A stretch of 63,272 nt of DNA from Leidyana gryllorum EB-2025a (GCA_048772705.1 JBLWGC010000138.1:1-63272), one strand, 5' to 3'; shown: positions 10,861 to 21,006, counted from the first letter of the stretch. The notes: generated by a model not told the origin, from the sequence alone. Program-made: numbers and translations.

Positions 10861-11054
10861 CGCTCTGAACACGCCGCCCTCCAACCCCAAAAGTCCTTCC
10901 ATTTTGAGATGTCAAGCACAGAAAACGCGTGGAGCGGCGAGCCAACAACATGCCGGCAAAGATGGCCGAGTTGCCCAAGACGCTGTGCTCAGACTGCAGT
11001 CCGAAAGCTCGAGGATCTGGGGTTAAGCCTTTCGAACCCCGGAGCAGTTGGACA

Positions 11055-11135
11055 GCGGGGGAAAGCTCAGTTGGTAGAGCATCTGACTGTAGTGCTGGCA
11101 TCAGATAGTCGGCGGTTCGGTTCCGTCCCACCGGA
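11055..11135 (+). tRNA. trnY: tRNA-Tyr(GTA) with 7-nt intron, degenerate 5' end
   Basis: TCTGA CTGTAG tgctggc A TCAGA. Confidence 0.75.
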
Positions 11136-11364
11136 TGGTTTTGGCACACAGCGTTGATAGGCCAACTAGACAACTCCGGCGAGGCTTCCATCTATTGTAG
11201 TTCGGAAAGGTTGGGAATCGATCCCAGAACCTTTCGTATACTAAGCCACCGTTTCATCATCTGGGCTAGCCTCCCACTGTGCCTACCTCATGGCATTGAG
11301 TGATACTTCACATAGTGAGACGAGTCTCTCGACTGTACCCAGCGGGTTGAACCACCGGCTAGGC

Positions 11365-11436
11365 GGCCGTTTGGTCTAGTGGTATGATCCTTCCTTAGGG
11401 TGGAAGGGGTCCTGGGTTCGATTCCCAGAACAGCCC
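11365..11436 (+). tRNA. trnP: tRNA-Pro(AGG)
   Basis: Near-intact. Confidence 0.85.
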
Positions 11437-11585
11437 GTCTGATAGTTGTTGACGCAACACGGCACTCGACCCATCCCCGACAGCTAAGACAGGATCTGAG
11501 TTGTTGACTCAACAGGCTGCAACCCGGCCATCCGCCCAGACGCTACTGGGACTCGAACCCAGAATCCCCGGTTCCGTAGACCGAT

Positions 11586-11668
11586 GCCAGATGCCCGAGT
11601 GGTCTAAGGGGCCAGACTCAAGTTCTGGTAGGCGCAAGTCTGCATGGGTTCGAATCCCATTCTGTGCA
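11586..11668 (+). tRNA. trnL: tRNA-Leu(CAA), fused at its 5' end to a truncated minus-strand Arg(ACG)
   Basis: Loop CTCAAGT, long variable arm. Confidence 0.75.
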
Positions 11669-12256
11669 ACGGCGATCATCCCCAAAAAAAAACTGGAAAA
11701 GGCCACAGTCGGTTGCATGCAGCCGAGTAATCGGCTGTTGCTCTGCTGGTTTGATCCTTCCTCAGAGTGGAAGGAGTCCTGGGTTCGATTCCAGAACAGC
11801 CCTATTGGTCGTCGTTTGACTTGACTGGACATGTTGCCCTCAGAACCAACACAGCCACCTCGTTAGCCCGCTTCGGTAGAGCAGTCAGGGCAACTAACAT
11901 CTCGAAAATCACATTTCGGCTACCTCTTCCATGTTGCAGACTGAGCAGTGTAGCTCAGTGGAAGAGTGTTAGGCTCATAACGCAAAGGTGCGTCGATCGA
12001 AACGACGCACTGCTAAGTGTGCGCAGAAGGGAACAGTTGCAGGATAGATTGGCTCGTGAGCTGCTGCCCGAATCGAACCGGCGACCTTTCACTTACTAAG
12101 CGAATGCTCTGCCCCAAGCTAAGAAGGCAATGTCAACTGGACATCACGAATGAGTCCCTATTGACGGAAGTTACTGAAGCACATTGTTCCACCACTCAAT
12201 ACTTCCACTGCTCCACATACCGGCCAATAGGGTGTAACTAAGTTTAGAGTTTCCTT

Positions 12257-12329
12257 GCCGCCCTAGCTCAGTCGGTAGAGCGCAAGACTTTTAATTTTGC
12301 AGTCGCGGGTTCGAGCCCCGCGGGCGGTG
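12257..12329 (+). tRNA. trnK: tRNA-Lys(TTT)
   Basis: Near-intact. Confidence 0.85.
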
Positions 12330-12767
12330 CAAGTCAATGTCTCTGGGAGTAAGAATGGAACCGTTGCCTACAACCACACTCTGCTGGATTTCCACTGGCG
12401 GCACTTAAACCCGGATCCTTCGGGTGAAAGCCGCATATCCTAGCCGCTTAGACTACAGTGGACGAGTGGTTGAGTTGGGGCTTCGGCCGAGAGCCGTACC
12501 GTCTTGGAAAAAATGGTATGTCGGCGTGATCAAGTGAGTGGATCTCTGATACAGATTCGGACTTAGTAACCAATTCCATTTGTATTGATCGTGGAATCTT
12601 GGGCCTTCCTCGGGTACGGGGCGAGCTTCCTTGCCGTCCCAAATCAGTCGGTAGAGCGCCAGCCTTTTGAAGGGAGAACCGCGGGTTCGGGCAGCGCGAG
12701 CGGTCCGAGTCAAGCTTGCTGAACCGTATGTGAAGCCACTGTCTGCGGCATGCCGAGTTCGGCCGTT

Positions 12768-12849
12768 GGCAACTTGCCCGAGTGGTTAAAGGGGTAGACT
12801 AGCAATCCACTGGGCCCGGCCCGCGCTGGTTCAAATCCAGCAGTTGTCG
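12768..12849 (+). pseudogene. tRNA-Ser body with AGC anticodon
   Basis: Loop CTAGCAA, anticodon-stem mismatch. Confidence 0.7.
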
Positions 12850-13080
12850 TGCGATGTGATCGGAGGGTCAAACACCAACTCACGCATAAAACTCAACCAT
12901 GTGCTATCTCCTCTGCATCTGCCGGGAATCGAACCCGGGTGGTCTCGATCGTGACGAGACATTCTACCACTAGACCCTAGATGCGGAATAGCTTGTTGTT
13001 GAAGCTCGTACACAATAACGGCCGTTTTGCTCCGAATGAGAAGACAGGGTCAAGTTGAGCGAGTATGAGAGGCGGCTCGT

Positions 13081-13152
13081 GGGTACGTAGTTCAGTGGTA
13101 GAGCAGCTGACTGCAGATCAGCAAGTCCGTGGTTCAACTCCGCGCGTGCCCT
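13081..13152 (+). tRNA. trnC: tRNA-Cys(GCA)
   Basis: Near-intact. Confidence 0.85.
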
Positions 13153-13269
13153 GAAGTTGGGCTGAAAGGCTGGAAGATGTTAAACCAACATTCCTGACCA
13201 CAGTGGGTTGCAGAATCCTGCGGTAGAAAGAGCAGGGTCTTTATACTAACCTCTGAAACATTGTAGCTG

Positions 13270-13342
13270 GGTCTTGTAGCTCAGTCGGCAGAGCGTGTGG
13301 CTGTTAACCACAAAGTCACAGGTTCGAAACCTGCCAGGAGCG
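13270..13342 (+). tRNA. trnN: tRNA-Asn(GTT), 2 substitutions
   Basis: Loop CTGTTAA. Confidence 0.8.
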
Positions 13343-13405
13343 GGTTCTGCGACAGTGTACTCTCTAGACGGTATTTAAATACCGGCAGTTGCAGACTACG
13401 AAGTT

Positions 13406-13478
13406 TGGACGACCTGGGCATCGATCCGAGTACCTCTCACATGCTAAGCGAGCGCTCTACCATTTGAGCTAGTCGCCC
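13406..13478 (-). tRNA. trnA: tRNA-Ala(AGC), 2 substitutions
   Basis: Ala consensus. Confidence 0.8.
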
Positions 13479-13785
13479 GTTGTGCAGACATTGTACAGAC
13501 CCCATCGCATTTTTATGTTCTCAACATCGTATGATCACTCTCTCGACTGTATTCAGCGGGTTTCACGACCGACAGGGGCTGATTGGTCTAGTGGTGTGAT
13601 TATTCCTTAGGGTGGAAGAAGTCCTGGGTTCGATTCCCAGAACAGCCCCGTTGGTTGTCGGTTGACCCGATGGGATAAGCAGTTTTAGAAGTAACACAGC
13701 CACCTCGTCACCACTTCGGCACTCAAGGCAATTCTGCGGTAGAAAGAGGAGGGTCTCTATAATCACCTCTGAAATATTGTAGCTG

Positions 13786-13858
13786 GGTCTTGTAGCTCAG
13801 TCGGCAGAGCGTGTGGCTGTTAACCACAAAGTCGCAGGTTCGAAACCTGCCAGGACCG
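13786..13858 (+). tRNA. trnN: tRNA-Asn(GTT)
   Basis: Intact. Confidence 0.9.
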
Positions 13859-14186
13859 GTTTCAGATGCACCCTAAACACTGACTGCGCGGCTCTCCCAA
13901 TGGCATTTGTGGTATGCGACTCTTCAAAGATGTAAGGTGGTTTTGATCCCTCCAGGTGTTGGTAGAGTCGGGAGACTGCTCATAATATGTCAAGAAGCAC
14001 TAAATGCTATGGGGTCTGCATAGCGGGCGACTAGCTCAAATGATATAGCACTCGCTTAGCATGCAAGAGATACTGGGATCGATGCCCGGGTCGTCCAAAC
14101 TACATGCAACCTTCGCTACAGAGAAACGCCCGCGGCGTGGTCAAAAAGTGTGAGTGTTGTTCTTGTAATCCAATCGACAAGCTACT

Positions 14187-14259
14187 GCCTACGTGGCGCA
14201 ATGGATAGCGTGTTGGACTTCTAATCCAAAGGTTGCGAGTTCGAATCTCGCAGGAGGTA
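14187..14259 (+). tRNA. trnR: tRNA-Arg(TCT), acceptor mismatches; only copy seen
   Basis: TTGGA CTTCTAA TCCAA anticodon arm; intact T-arm. Confidence 0.75.
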
Positions 14260-14325
14260 GCCAAATGATCAGCAGCTTACTTCGATCACCTGGCTGACTC
14301 TAGCTGCCTTCGCCGTGGAATGTTG

Positions 14326-14398
14326 TCCACTGTAGTCTAAGTGGCTAGGATATGCGGCTCTCACCCGCACACTCCGGGTTCAAGTCCCGGCAGTGGAA
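14326..14398 (+). tRNA. trnE: tRNA-Glu(CTC)
   Basis: Near-intact. Confidence 0.85.
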
Positions 14399-14432
14399 AT
14401 CCAGCTGAGTGTGCTTGCAGGCAACAGATCCA

Positions 14433-14505
14433 CACCGCCCGCGGGGCTCGAACCCGCGACTGCAAGATTAAGAGTCTTGCGCTCTACCGACTGAGCTAGG
14501 GCGGC
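14433..14505 (-). tRNA. trnK: tRNA-Lys(CTT)
   Basis: Intact. Confidence 0.9.
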
Positions 14506-14693
14506 AAGAAAGCAACGACACAAAACCCGATAGCCTGACAACTAAAGTGGCTTTGGTACCCACCAGCCTCAGCAAGTTGTGGCCGTGCATACCCAGGCCC
14601 GAATCCTGGCTTGGATAGTATGTCCCCGATGTTTTGAATGGGAGATGTGGGTGATGCCATCGGGCGTCGCTGCCCATGTCCTGTCTTGATCGC

Positions 14694-15028
14694 TGATTGG
14701 AGTTTGTGGGGTCCTGGGAGGGGTTTGGATCGGTGGTGACGCGGTGTTGGATTGGCGTGACCTCCTCAACTTGTTCCGACATGTCTGGTTCCTTGGAGGA
14801 TCGCCTTTGTAGGCGTAGGCTCTGTGATCGGGTTATTACGGGTATGATGAGTAGTAGAAGTTGTAGTAGATTAGTTGTAGTTTCGTTGATCTATAGTCAC
14901 TGATTAAGAGTGGCGCATCTCTCGCTCTGTCTATTCTTTTCTATTCTGTCTGTGCTTTTGTAGTTGTGTGCGGCATCGTCCCAATGGGCGATGCAGCTGG
15001 GTTGTGTCTGTGTGTCTATTACAGATCA
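14694..15028. mobile_element. Solo LTR (or short element), family B, 335 bp
   Basis: TGAT...ATCA termini; ATCGC duplicated at 14689-14693 and 15029-15033; the empty site CTTGATCGCTACACAC occurs (reverse complement) near 6385 and 8135. Confidence 0.8.
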
Positions 15029-15063
15029 ATCGCTACACACTTCCATTTGACGGCTCCGCTAGT

Positions 15064-15136
15064 GGCGCTATGGCCTAATGGATATGGCATCGGTCTACGG
15101 AACCGGGGATTCTGGGTTCGAGTCCCAGTAGCGTCT
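15064..15136 (+). tRNA. trnR: tRNA-Arg(ACG)
   Basis: Intact. Confidence 0.9.
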
Positions 15137-15194
15137 GGACGAATGGCCGGGTTGCAGCCTGTTGAGTGCCGTGTTGCGTCAACAACTATCAGAC

Positions 15195-15266
15195 GGGCTG
15201 TTCTGGGAATCGAACCCAGGACTTCTTCCACCCGAAGGAAGAATCATACCACTAGACCAAACAGCC
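15195..15266 (-). tRNA. trnP: tRNA-Pro(CGG)
   Basis: Intact. Confidence 0.9.
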
Positions 15267-15473
15267 GCCTAGATCACTCAATGCCATGAGGTAGGCACAG
15301 AGGGAGGCTAGCCCAGATGATGAAACGGTGCTTAGTGTACGAAAGGTTCTGGGATCGATTCTCAGCTCATCCGAACTAGATAGATGGAACCCTCGGCGGA
15401 GTAGTCTAGTTGGCTCAACGCTGTCTGCCAAAACCATCAGGTTGAGTAGTACTTTGCCGATCACCACTCTACT

Positions 15474-15553
15474 TCCGGTGGGACGGAATCGAACCGCCGA
15501 CTATCTGATGCCAGCACTACAGTCAGATGCTCTACCAACTGAGCTACCCCCGG
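15474..15553 (-). tRNA. trnY: tRNA-Tyr(GTA) with 7-nt intron (15510-15516)
   Basis: 80 nt = 73+7; C1-G72, A73. Confidence 0.88.
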
Positions 15554-15783
15554 CCGTCCAACTGCTCCGGGGTTCAAAAGGCTCAACCCCAGATCCTCGA
15601 CCTTTCGGACTGCGGTCTGAGCACAGCGCCTTAGACAACTCGGCCATCTTGCCACAGTGTTGTTGGTTCATCCCTCCACGCGTTTTTTGTCCGTGAGCCA
15701 AAATAGAAAGACTTCTGGGATTGGAGGCCGGCCTGTTCAGAGCGTCCGAGATAGTATAGTGGTTAGTAAGGGAGATAGATCCA

Positions 15784-15856
15784 CACCGCCCGCGGGGCTC
15801 GAACCCGCGACTGCAAGATTGAAAGTCTTGCGCTCTACGGACTGAGCTAGGGCGGC
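15784..15856 (-). tRNA. tRNA-Lys body with TTC anticodon (variant)
   Basis: Loop CTTTCAA. Confidence 0.7.
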
Positions 15857-15957
15857 AACGAAGCTCTAAACTGAGTTACACCCTATTTGCCGTTGGGTGG
15901 AGCCCTGGATCCGTTCGACCAGTGGAACAATGAGCTTCAGTAACTTCCGTTAACATT

Positions 15958-16028
15958 GCCTTCTTAGCTGGTGGCAGAGCATTCGCTTTGTAAGCGAAAG
16001 GTCGCCGGTTCGATTCCGGCAGAAGGCT
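15958..16028 (+). tRNA. trnT: tRNA-Thr(TGT), D-arm variant
   Basis: Loop TTTGTAA. Confidence 0.75.
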
Positions 16029-16101
16029 TTGCTCACGCACTTAAGCTTTTCTGAGTGGTCTCTCAGTTTTGGAGGGGAATTGCAATGCACTTTAGATTGG
16101 T

Positions 16102-16173
16102 TGTCCGAGCCAGGAATCGAGCCTGGGTTTGCACGGCCACAACGTGCTGTCCTAACCACTAGACGACTCGGAC
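16102..16173 (-). tRNA. trnH: tRNA-His(GTG)
   Basis: GTCCGAG/CTCGGAC acceptor. Confidence 0.88.
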
Positions 16174-16221
16174 AAATCTTTGAGCGAGGCTGTAGAGGTA
16201 GCGAAGCATCTATCAGGATGG

Positions 16222-17238
16222 TGTTGTAACCCCAAGTCGCTACTCAAGGGGAACGAGGCCCAGTTCTCATCTCTGCATACTTTCGACCACAAGTCAGACT
16301 TAGAACCAAGTTAGTACTTTTGCCGACAAGTCTACCACGAATATGTCGCACACGACGGCGCAAAACAAGAACTACGACTTGTTGTACCAAGTGCAAAAGT
16401 TATCTTAGGCCGCCTCTTGCCTAGTCCAACTCTGCCTTAGCCAACTTTGCTTGCGTGTGTCTCTCGCTCTGGTGTCTCTCTCACTCCACCCATGTGCCAG
16501 TCGCTCGCACTCTTGCGGAGCCTGCGCTGGACACACACGGTAGTTCTCCCCGACACCACACTCTGATCATTCATGTGAGTGTCTGCACAGTTACACTGTC
16601 GCAGAGAGCTCAGACCACTAGGGTGCATTAGCTGTTGTAACCCCAAGTCGCTACTCAAGGGGGAACAAGGCCCAGTTCTCATCTCTGCATACTTTCGACC
16701 ACCAGTCAGACTTAGAACCAAGTTAGTATTTTTGCCGACAAGTCTACCACGAATATGTCGCACACAACGGCGCAAAACAAGAACTACGACTTGTTGTACC
16801 AAGTGCAAAAGTTATCTTAGGCCGCCTCTTGCCTAGTCCAACTCTGACTTAGCCAACTTTGCTCGCGTGTGTCTCTCGCTCTGGTGTCTCTCTCACTCCA
16901 CCCATGTGCCAGTCGCTCGCACTCTTGCGGAGCCTCGCGCTGGACACACACGGTAGTTCTCCCCGACACCACACTCTGATCATTCATGTGAGTGTCTGCA
17001 CAGTTACACTGTCGCAGAGAGCTCAGACCACTAGGGTGCATTAGCCTTTACGCTTTAGTAGTAGTTGCTTTACGTTCGTTAATAATGCCTTTTCACCATC
17101 TTATACATTATGCCCCTATATAAGTGCCAAATATGTAGGGAAGTATCCAGATGGATGTTAATTCGGTTGGAAATTTCACCAAGTCGAATTTGGCCACCCG
17201 ATAGGAAGTTGACCATCAGGCCAACACGAACTACAACA
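16222..17238 (-). mobile_element. Family A solo-LTR locus: partial LTR (16222-16632) plus full LTR (16633-17238)
   Basis: GATGG TSD at 16217-16221 and 17239-17243; empty site near 8340. Confidence 0.9.
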
Positions 17239-17471
17239 GATGGGATGGAACAGGAGCGTCAGAGGAACTGCGTTGCAAGAAGTCCACTCCTCAACTTCGG
17301 GTGGGACGGAATTTACTCGTGGAATATCTGATGCCACCACTACAGTCAGATACGTTACCATCTAAGCACCCTGGGCCGTGAGAGTACTTCGGGGCGGCAC
17401 ACCGCAGCCAGAACGACATCGGTGGTCGCAACGGAAGCCATTGACACTTTGGAACTCAGAACGAAAGTAAT

Positions 17472-17555
17472 GCACAGATGCCCGAGTGGTCTAAGGGGCC
17501 AGACTCAAGTTCTGGTAGGCGCAAGTCTGCATGGGTTCGAATCCCATTCTGTGCA
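17472..17555 (+). tRNA. trnL: tRNA-Leu(CAA)
   Basis: Intact, 84 nt. Confidence 0.9.
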
Positions 17556-18025
17556 ACGGCGATCATCCCAAAAAAAAAGCTGGAAAAGGTCACAGTAGAT
17601 TCGAATCTCCATTTGTATATTCGGTTGCATGCACCCAAGTATTCGGCTGTTGCTCTGCTGGTATAATCCTTCCTCAGAGTGGAAGGAGTCCTGGGTTCGA
17701 TTCCACTATTTGTTTTTCCCGTGTGAGGCGCTACCTGAAAAGAGTGGGATTTGGACCCACGTCCTCTCGGAGTGCGACTTAAAAACAGCGCCTTAGACCC
17801 CTCAGCCATCTTACCAGCTCGGTTTCTGTCCCGCCACTTCAAGCGTTCCCTGTCTGTTTGAAGCTAGAGAATGGAAAGGCTGGGCTCTAACGTTGGGGGT
17901 CACGCGCCTCCGACATGGTATCAAAGAGTAGTCCCGCCTGCCACGCGAACGACCTGTGGGTACCAGCTGTGGGAGCGGAGCCACTTCAAATGTCAGGCTA
18001 TCGGGCTTTGTGTCCTTGCATTCCT

Positions 18026-18098
18026 GCCGCCCTAGCTCAGTCGGTAGAGCGCAAGACTCTTAATCATTCAGTCGCGGGTTCGAGCCCCGCGGGCGGTG
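18026..18098 (+). tRNA. trnK: tRNA-Lys(CTT), anticodon-stem substitutions
   Basis: Lys consensus. Confidence 0.75.
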
Positions 18099-18158
18099 TG
18101 GATCTATTTCCATGGGAGTAAGAATGGAACTGTTGCCTACAAGCACACTCAGCTGGAT

Positions 18159-18231
18159 TTCCACTGCCGGGACTTGAACCCGGATCGTGCGGGTGAGAGC
18201 CGCATATCCTAGCCACTTAGACTACAGTGGA
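18159..18231 (-). tRNA. trnE: tRNA-Glu(CTC)
   Basis: Intact. Confidence 0.9.
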
Positions 18232-18448
18232 CGAGTCACAACAGTTGCACTGACGAATGAGGCGCCAGAGAAGTGTGACTCGGTCTCAGATTGGAAGTTC
18301 ACCTAGGTTTGGCGGGTGGGCGGCTATCTCAAGTGGTAGAGCGGTGACTTTGCACGCGAGAGGTCAGTTTAGACATCTATCAATGCCGCAGGGCAGGCTG
18401 AACATGGGGGTATTTGGTCACTTCCGCGACATGTCGAATTCGACAGGT

Positions 18449-18530
18449 GGCAACTTGCCCGAGTGGTTAAGGGGGTAGACTAGAAATCTACTGGGCCTGG
18501 CCCGCGCTGGTTCGAATCCAGCAGTTGTCG
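18449..18530 (+). tRNA. trnS: tRNA-Ser(AGA)
   Basis: Intact. Confidence 0.9.
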
Positions 18531-18854
18531 TGTTATGTGATCGGGCATCAACTCCATTCGGTCGTGGCTGTGCTATATCATTCCAGCTAGTCGCCCGCTG
18601 TGCAGACCCCATAGCAATTAGTGGTTCTTCACATATTATGTCCGACGGGCTGTTTGGTCTAGTGCTGTGACCCCTCCTCAGGGTGGAGTCCTGGTTCGAT
18701 TCCCAGCACAGCCCTCTTGGTCGTCGGTTGACCCGATCGGACAAGTTGCCCCAGAACCAAAACAGCCAACTGGTTAGCCCACTTCGGTAGGGCAGTCAGC
18801 GCAACTAACCTCTCGAGAATCGCATTTCGGCTACCTCTGACATGTTGCAGACTA

Positions 18855-18926
18855 AGCAGTGTAGCTCAGTGGAAGAGTGTTGGGCTCATAACCCAAAGAT
18901 CCGTCGATCGAAACGACGCACTGCTA
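18855..18926 (+). tRNA. trnM: initiator tRNA-Met(CAT)
   Basis: Near-intact. Confidence 0.88.
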
Positions 18927-19129
18927 AGTGTGGGCAGAAGAGAACAGTTGTAGGATAGATTGGCTCGTGAGCAAGCCTTCTGCCGGTCTGCCGGAATCGA
19001 ACCGGCGACCTTTCGCTTACTAAACGAATGCTCTGCCCCTAAGCTAAGAAGGCAATGCAAGCCGGGAATCACGCATCAGTCCCTATTTACGCAAGTTATC
19101 AGAGCACTTTGATCGAGTACTCTAATGAC

Positions 19130-19202
19130 TTCCACTACCGGGACTTGAACCCGGATCGTGCGGGTGAAAGCCGCATATCCTAGCCACTTAGACTACGGTG
19201 GA
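19130..19202 (-). tRNA. trnE: tRNA-Glu(TTC)
   Basis: Acceptor variants. Confidence 0.8.
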
Positions 19203-19434
19203 CAAGTGCTCGAGTTTAGGCTTCGGCCGAGAGCCGAACCGTCTCGGAAAGATTCCACCATCAATACGACTGGAATTTGTTACCAAGTCCGAGCTTTCTT
19301 GCCGCCCCAACTCCGTCGGTAGAGCACAAGACTTTTGAAGGGAGAACCGCGGGTTCGGGCGGCGCGAGCAGTCCTAGTAAAGCTTGCTGAACCGTATGTG
19401 AAGCCACTGGCCGCAAAATGCCAAGTTCGACAAC

Positions 19435-19516
19435 GGCAACTTGCCCGAGTGGTTAAGGGGGTAGACTAGAAATCTACTGGGCCGGGCCCGCGCTGGTTCA
19501 AATCCAGCAGTTGTCG
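19435..19516 (+). tRNA. trnS: tRNA-Ser(AGA)
   Basis: Intact. Confidence 0.9.
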
Positions 19517-19582
19517 TGCGATGTGGTTGGAGGGTTAAACACCAACTCATTTCTGAATGTGGAAAAGCAACCATGTGTCCTC

Positions 19583-19653
19583 TGCATCTGCCGGGAATCG
19601 AACCCGGGTCGTCTCGATGGCAACGAGACATTGTACCACTAGACCACAGATGC
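19583..19653 (-). tRNA. trnG: tRNA-Gly(GCC)
   Basis: One D-stem substitution. Confidence 0.85.
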
Positions 19654-19825
19654 GTGACACCTTGTTGTTCAAGCTCGTACACGGTAACGGCCGTTTTCTG
19701 AACGAATGGAACGTCCGTGGCGTGTTCAGAGCGTCCGAGATAGCATAGTGGTTACTATTTTCGCATGTCACGTCTAAGAAGCGGGCCGATTGCCGCCAAA
19801 TGAGTCTGGAACGGGGGATGGTTTT

Positions 19826-19897
19826 GGGCCTATGGCGCAACGGTAGCGCGTCTGACTCCAGATCAGAAGGTTGGGTGTTCGAATCACTCTGGGCTCA
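19826..19897 (+). tRNA. trnW: tRNA-Trp(CCA)
   Basis: TCTGA CTCCAGA TCAGA. Confidence 0.9.
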
Positions 19898-20106
19898 ACC
19901 GGACTCTATGTTTTTCCCGTTTGGGGCGCAACCTGACAAAAGTGGGATTCGAACCCACGACCTTTCGGACTCCGGTCTGAGCACAGCGCCTCATACCACT
20001 CGGTCATCTTGCCGGGATGTTGTTGGCTCGCCGCTTCACGCGTTTTCTATCCCTGGAATCTCAAGATGAAGGACTTTTGGGGTTTCAGGCCGGTGTGTTC
20101 GGAGCG

Positions 20107-20178
20107 TCCGAGATAGTATAGTGGTTAGTATTTCCGCCTGTCACGCGGAAGACCCGGGTTCGATTCCCGGTCTCGGAG
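20107..20178 (+). tRNA. trnD: tRNA-Asp(GTC)
   Basis: Intact. Confidence 0.9.
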
Positions 20179-20233
20179 CACAGTTGATCTCGCTTAAGAT
20201 TGTCTTTTTTGGTGCCCGCTGAAAGTTGCAAGC

Positions 20234-20306
20234 TACAGCCACCGAGGATCGAACTCGGGACCTTCTGCGTGTTAAGCAGACGTCGTAACCACTAGACCAT
20301 GGCTGC
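20234..20306 (-). tRNA. trnV: tRNA-Val(AAC)
   Basis: Intact. Confidence 0.9.
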
Positions 20307-20597
20307 ATGGATGGTCCCCGCAGCCCAAGAGAAGTGGCGAAGCTTCAGGGAGTAGTGAGGACCAGTTCAAGGGTCGCGCCGGGATCGAACCCAGGTCGGA
20401 AAATCCAAAGTGTCGAGTGCTAACCACCAAGGACGCAACCGTTTCAGCCCATCCCAGAAGAGTCGGACTAGCGCTTCCTCAACTGGACACATGCAACACG
20501 GGTCTTGTATACAGACCCCAGCGTAAAGAGTTGGATTCGAGTCGGGCAAAAACCTCAGTTCAATCATTCAACCAGTTGCGCTCTCCCCGAATGCTAC

Positions 20598-20679
20598 CGA
20601 CAAGGGTGAGATTCGAACTCACGCGGGTGGAACCCAACGGCTTAGCAGGCCGCCGCCTTAACCACTCGGCCACCTTGCC
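20598..20679 (-). tRNA. trnS: tRNA-Ser(GCT)
   Basis: Loop CTGCTAA, long variable arm. Confidence 0.9.
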
Positions 20680-20788
20680 GACGACATCTCTTACTCGCTG
20701 GCACTTTTTCACAACGGTTTGGGGTCCTAGTCAAGCTTGCCGAACCGTATGTGACATCACTGGCCGCAAAATGCCGAGTTCGACAGGT

Positions 20789-20870
20789 GGCAACTTGCCC
20801 GAGTGGTTAAGGGGGTAGACTCGAAATCTACTGGGCCTGGCCCGCGCTGGTTCAAATCCAGCAGTTGTCG
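20789..20870 (+). tRNA. trnS: tRNA-Ser(CGA)
   Basis: Loop CTCGAAA. Confidence 0.9.
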
Positions 20871-20934
20871 TGCGATGTGGTGGAAATGATGCAATTCCCA
20901 GCATCAAAAACTCATATGGGTCGAGACAGGGAAT

Positions 20935-21006
20935 GCCTCCTTAGCTTAGGGGCAGAGCATTCGCTTTGTAAGCGAAAGGTCGCTGGTTCGATTCCGGCAG
21001 GAGGCT
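20935..21006 (+). tRNA. trnT: tRNA-Thr(TGT)
   Basis: GCCTCCT/AGGAGGC acceptor, compensatory change relative to Thr(AGT). Confidence 0.9.

Larger units (their letters stand above)
17705..19991 (+). repeat. Left arm of ~2.3-kb inverted repeat (partner 32439-34722)
   Basis: Near-identical reverse complement; mirrored ORF-track entries (coordinate sums ~52427). Confidence 0.9.
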
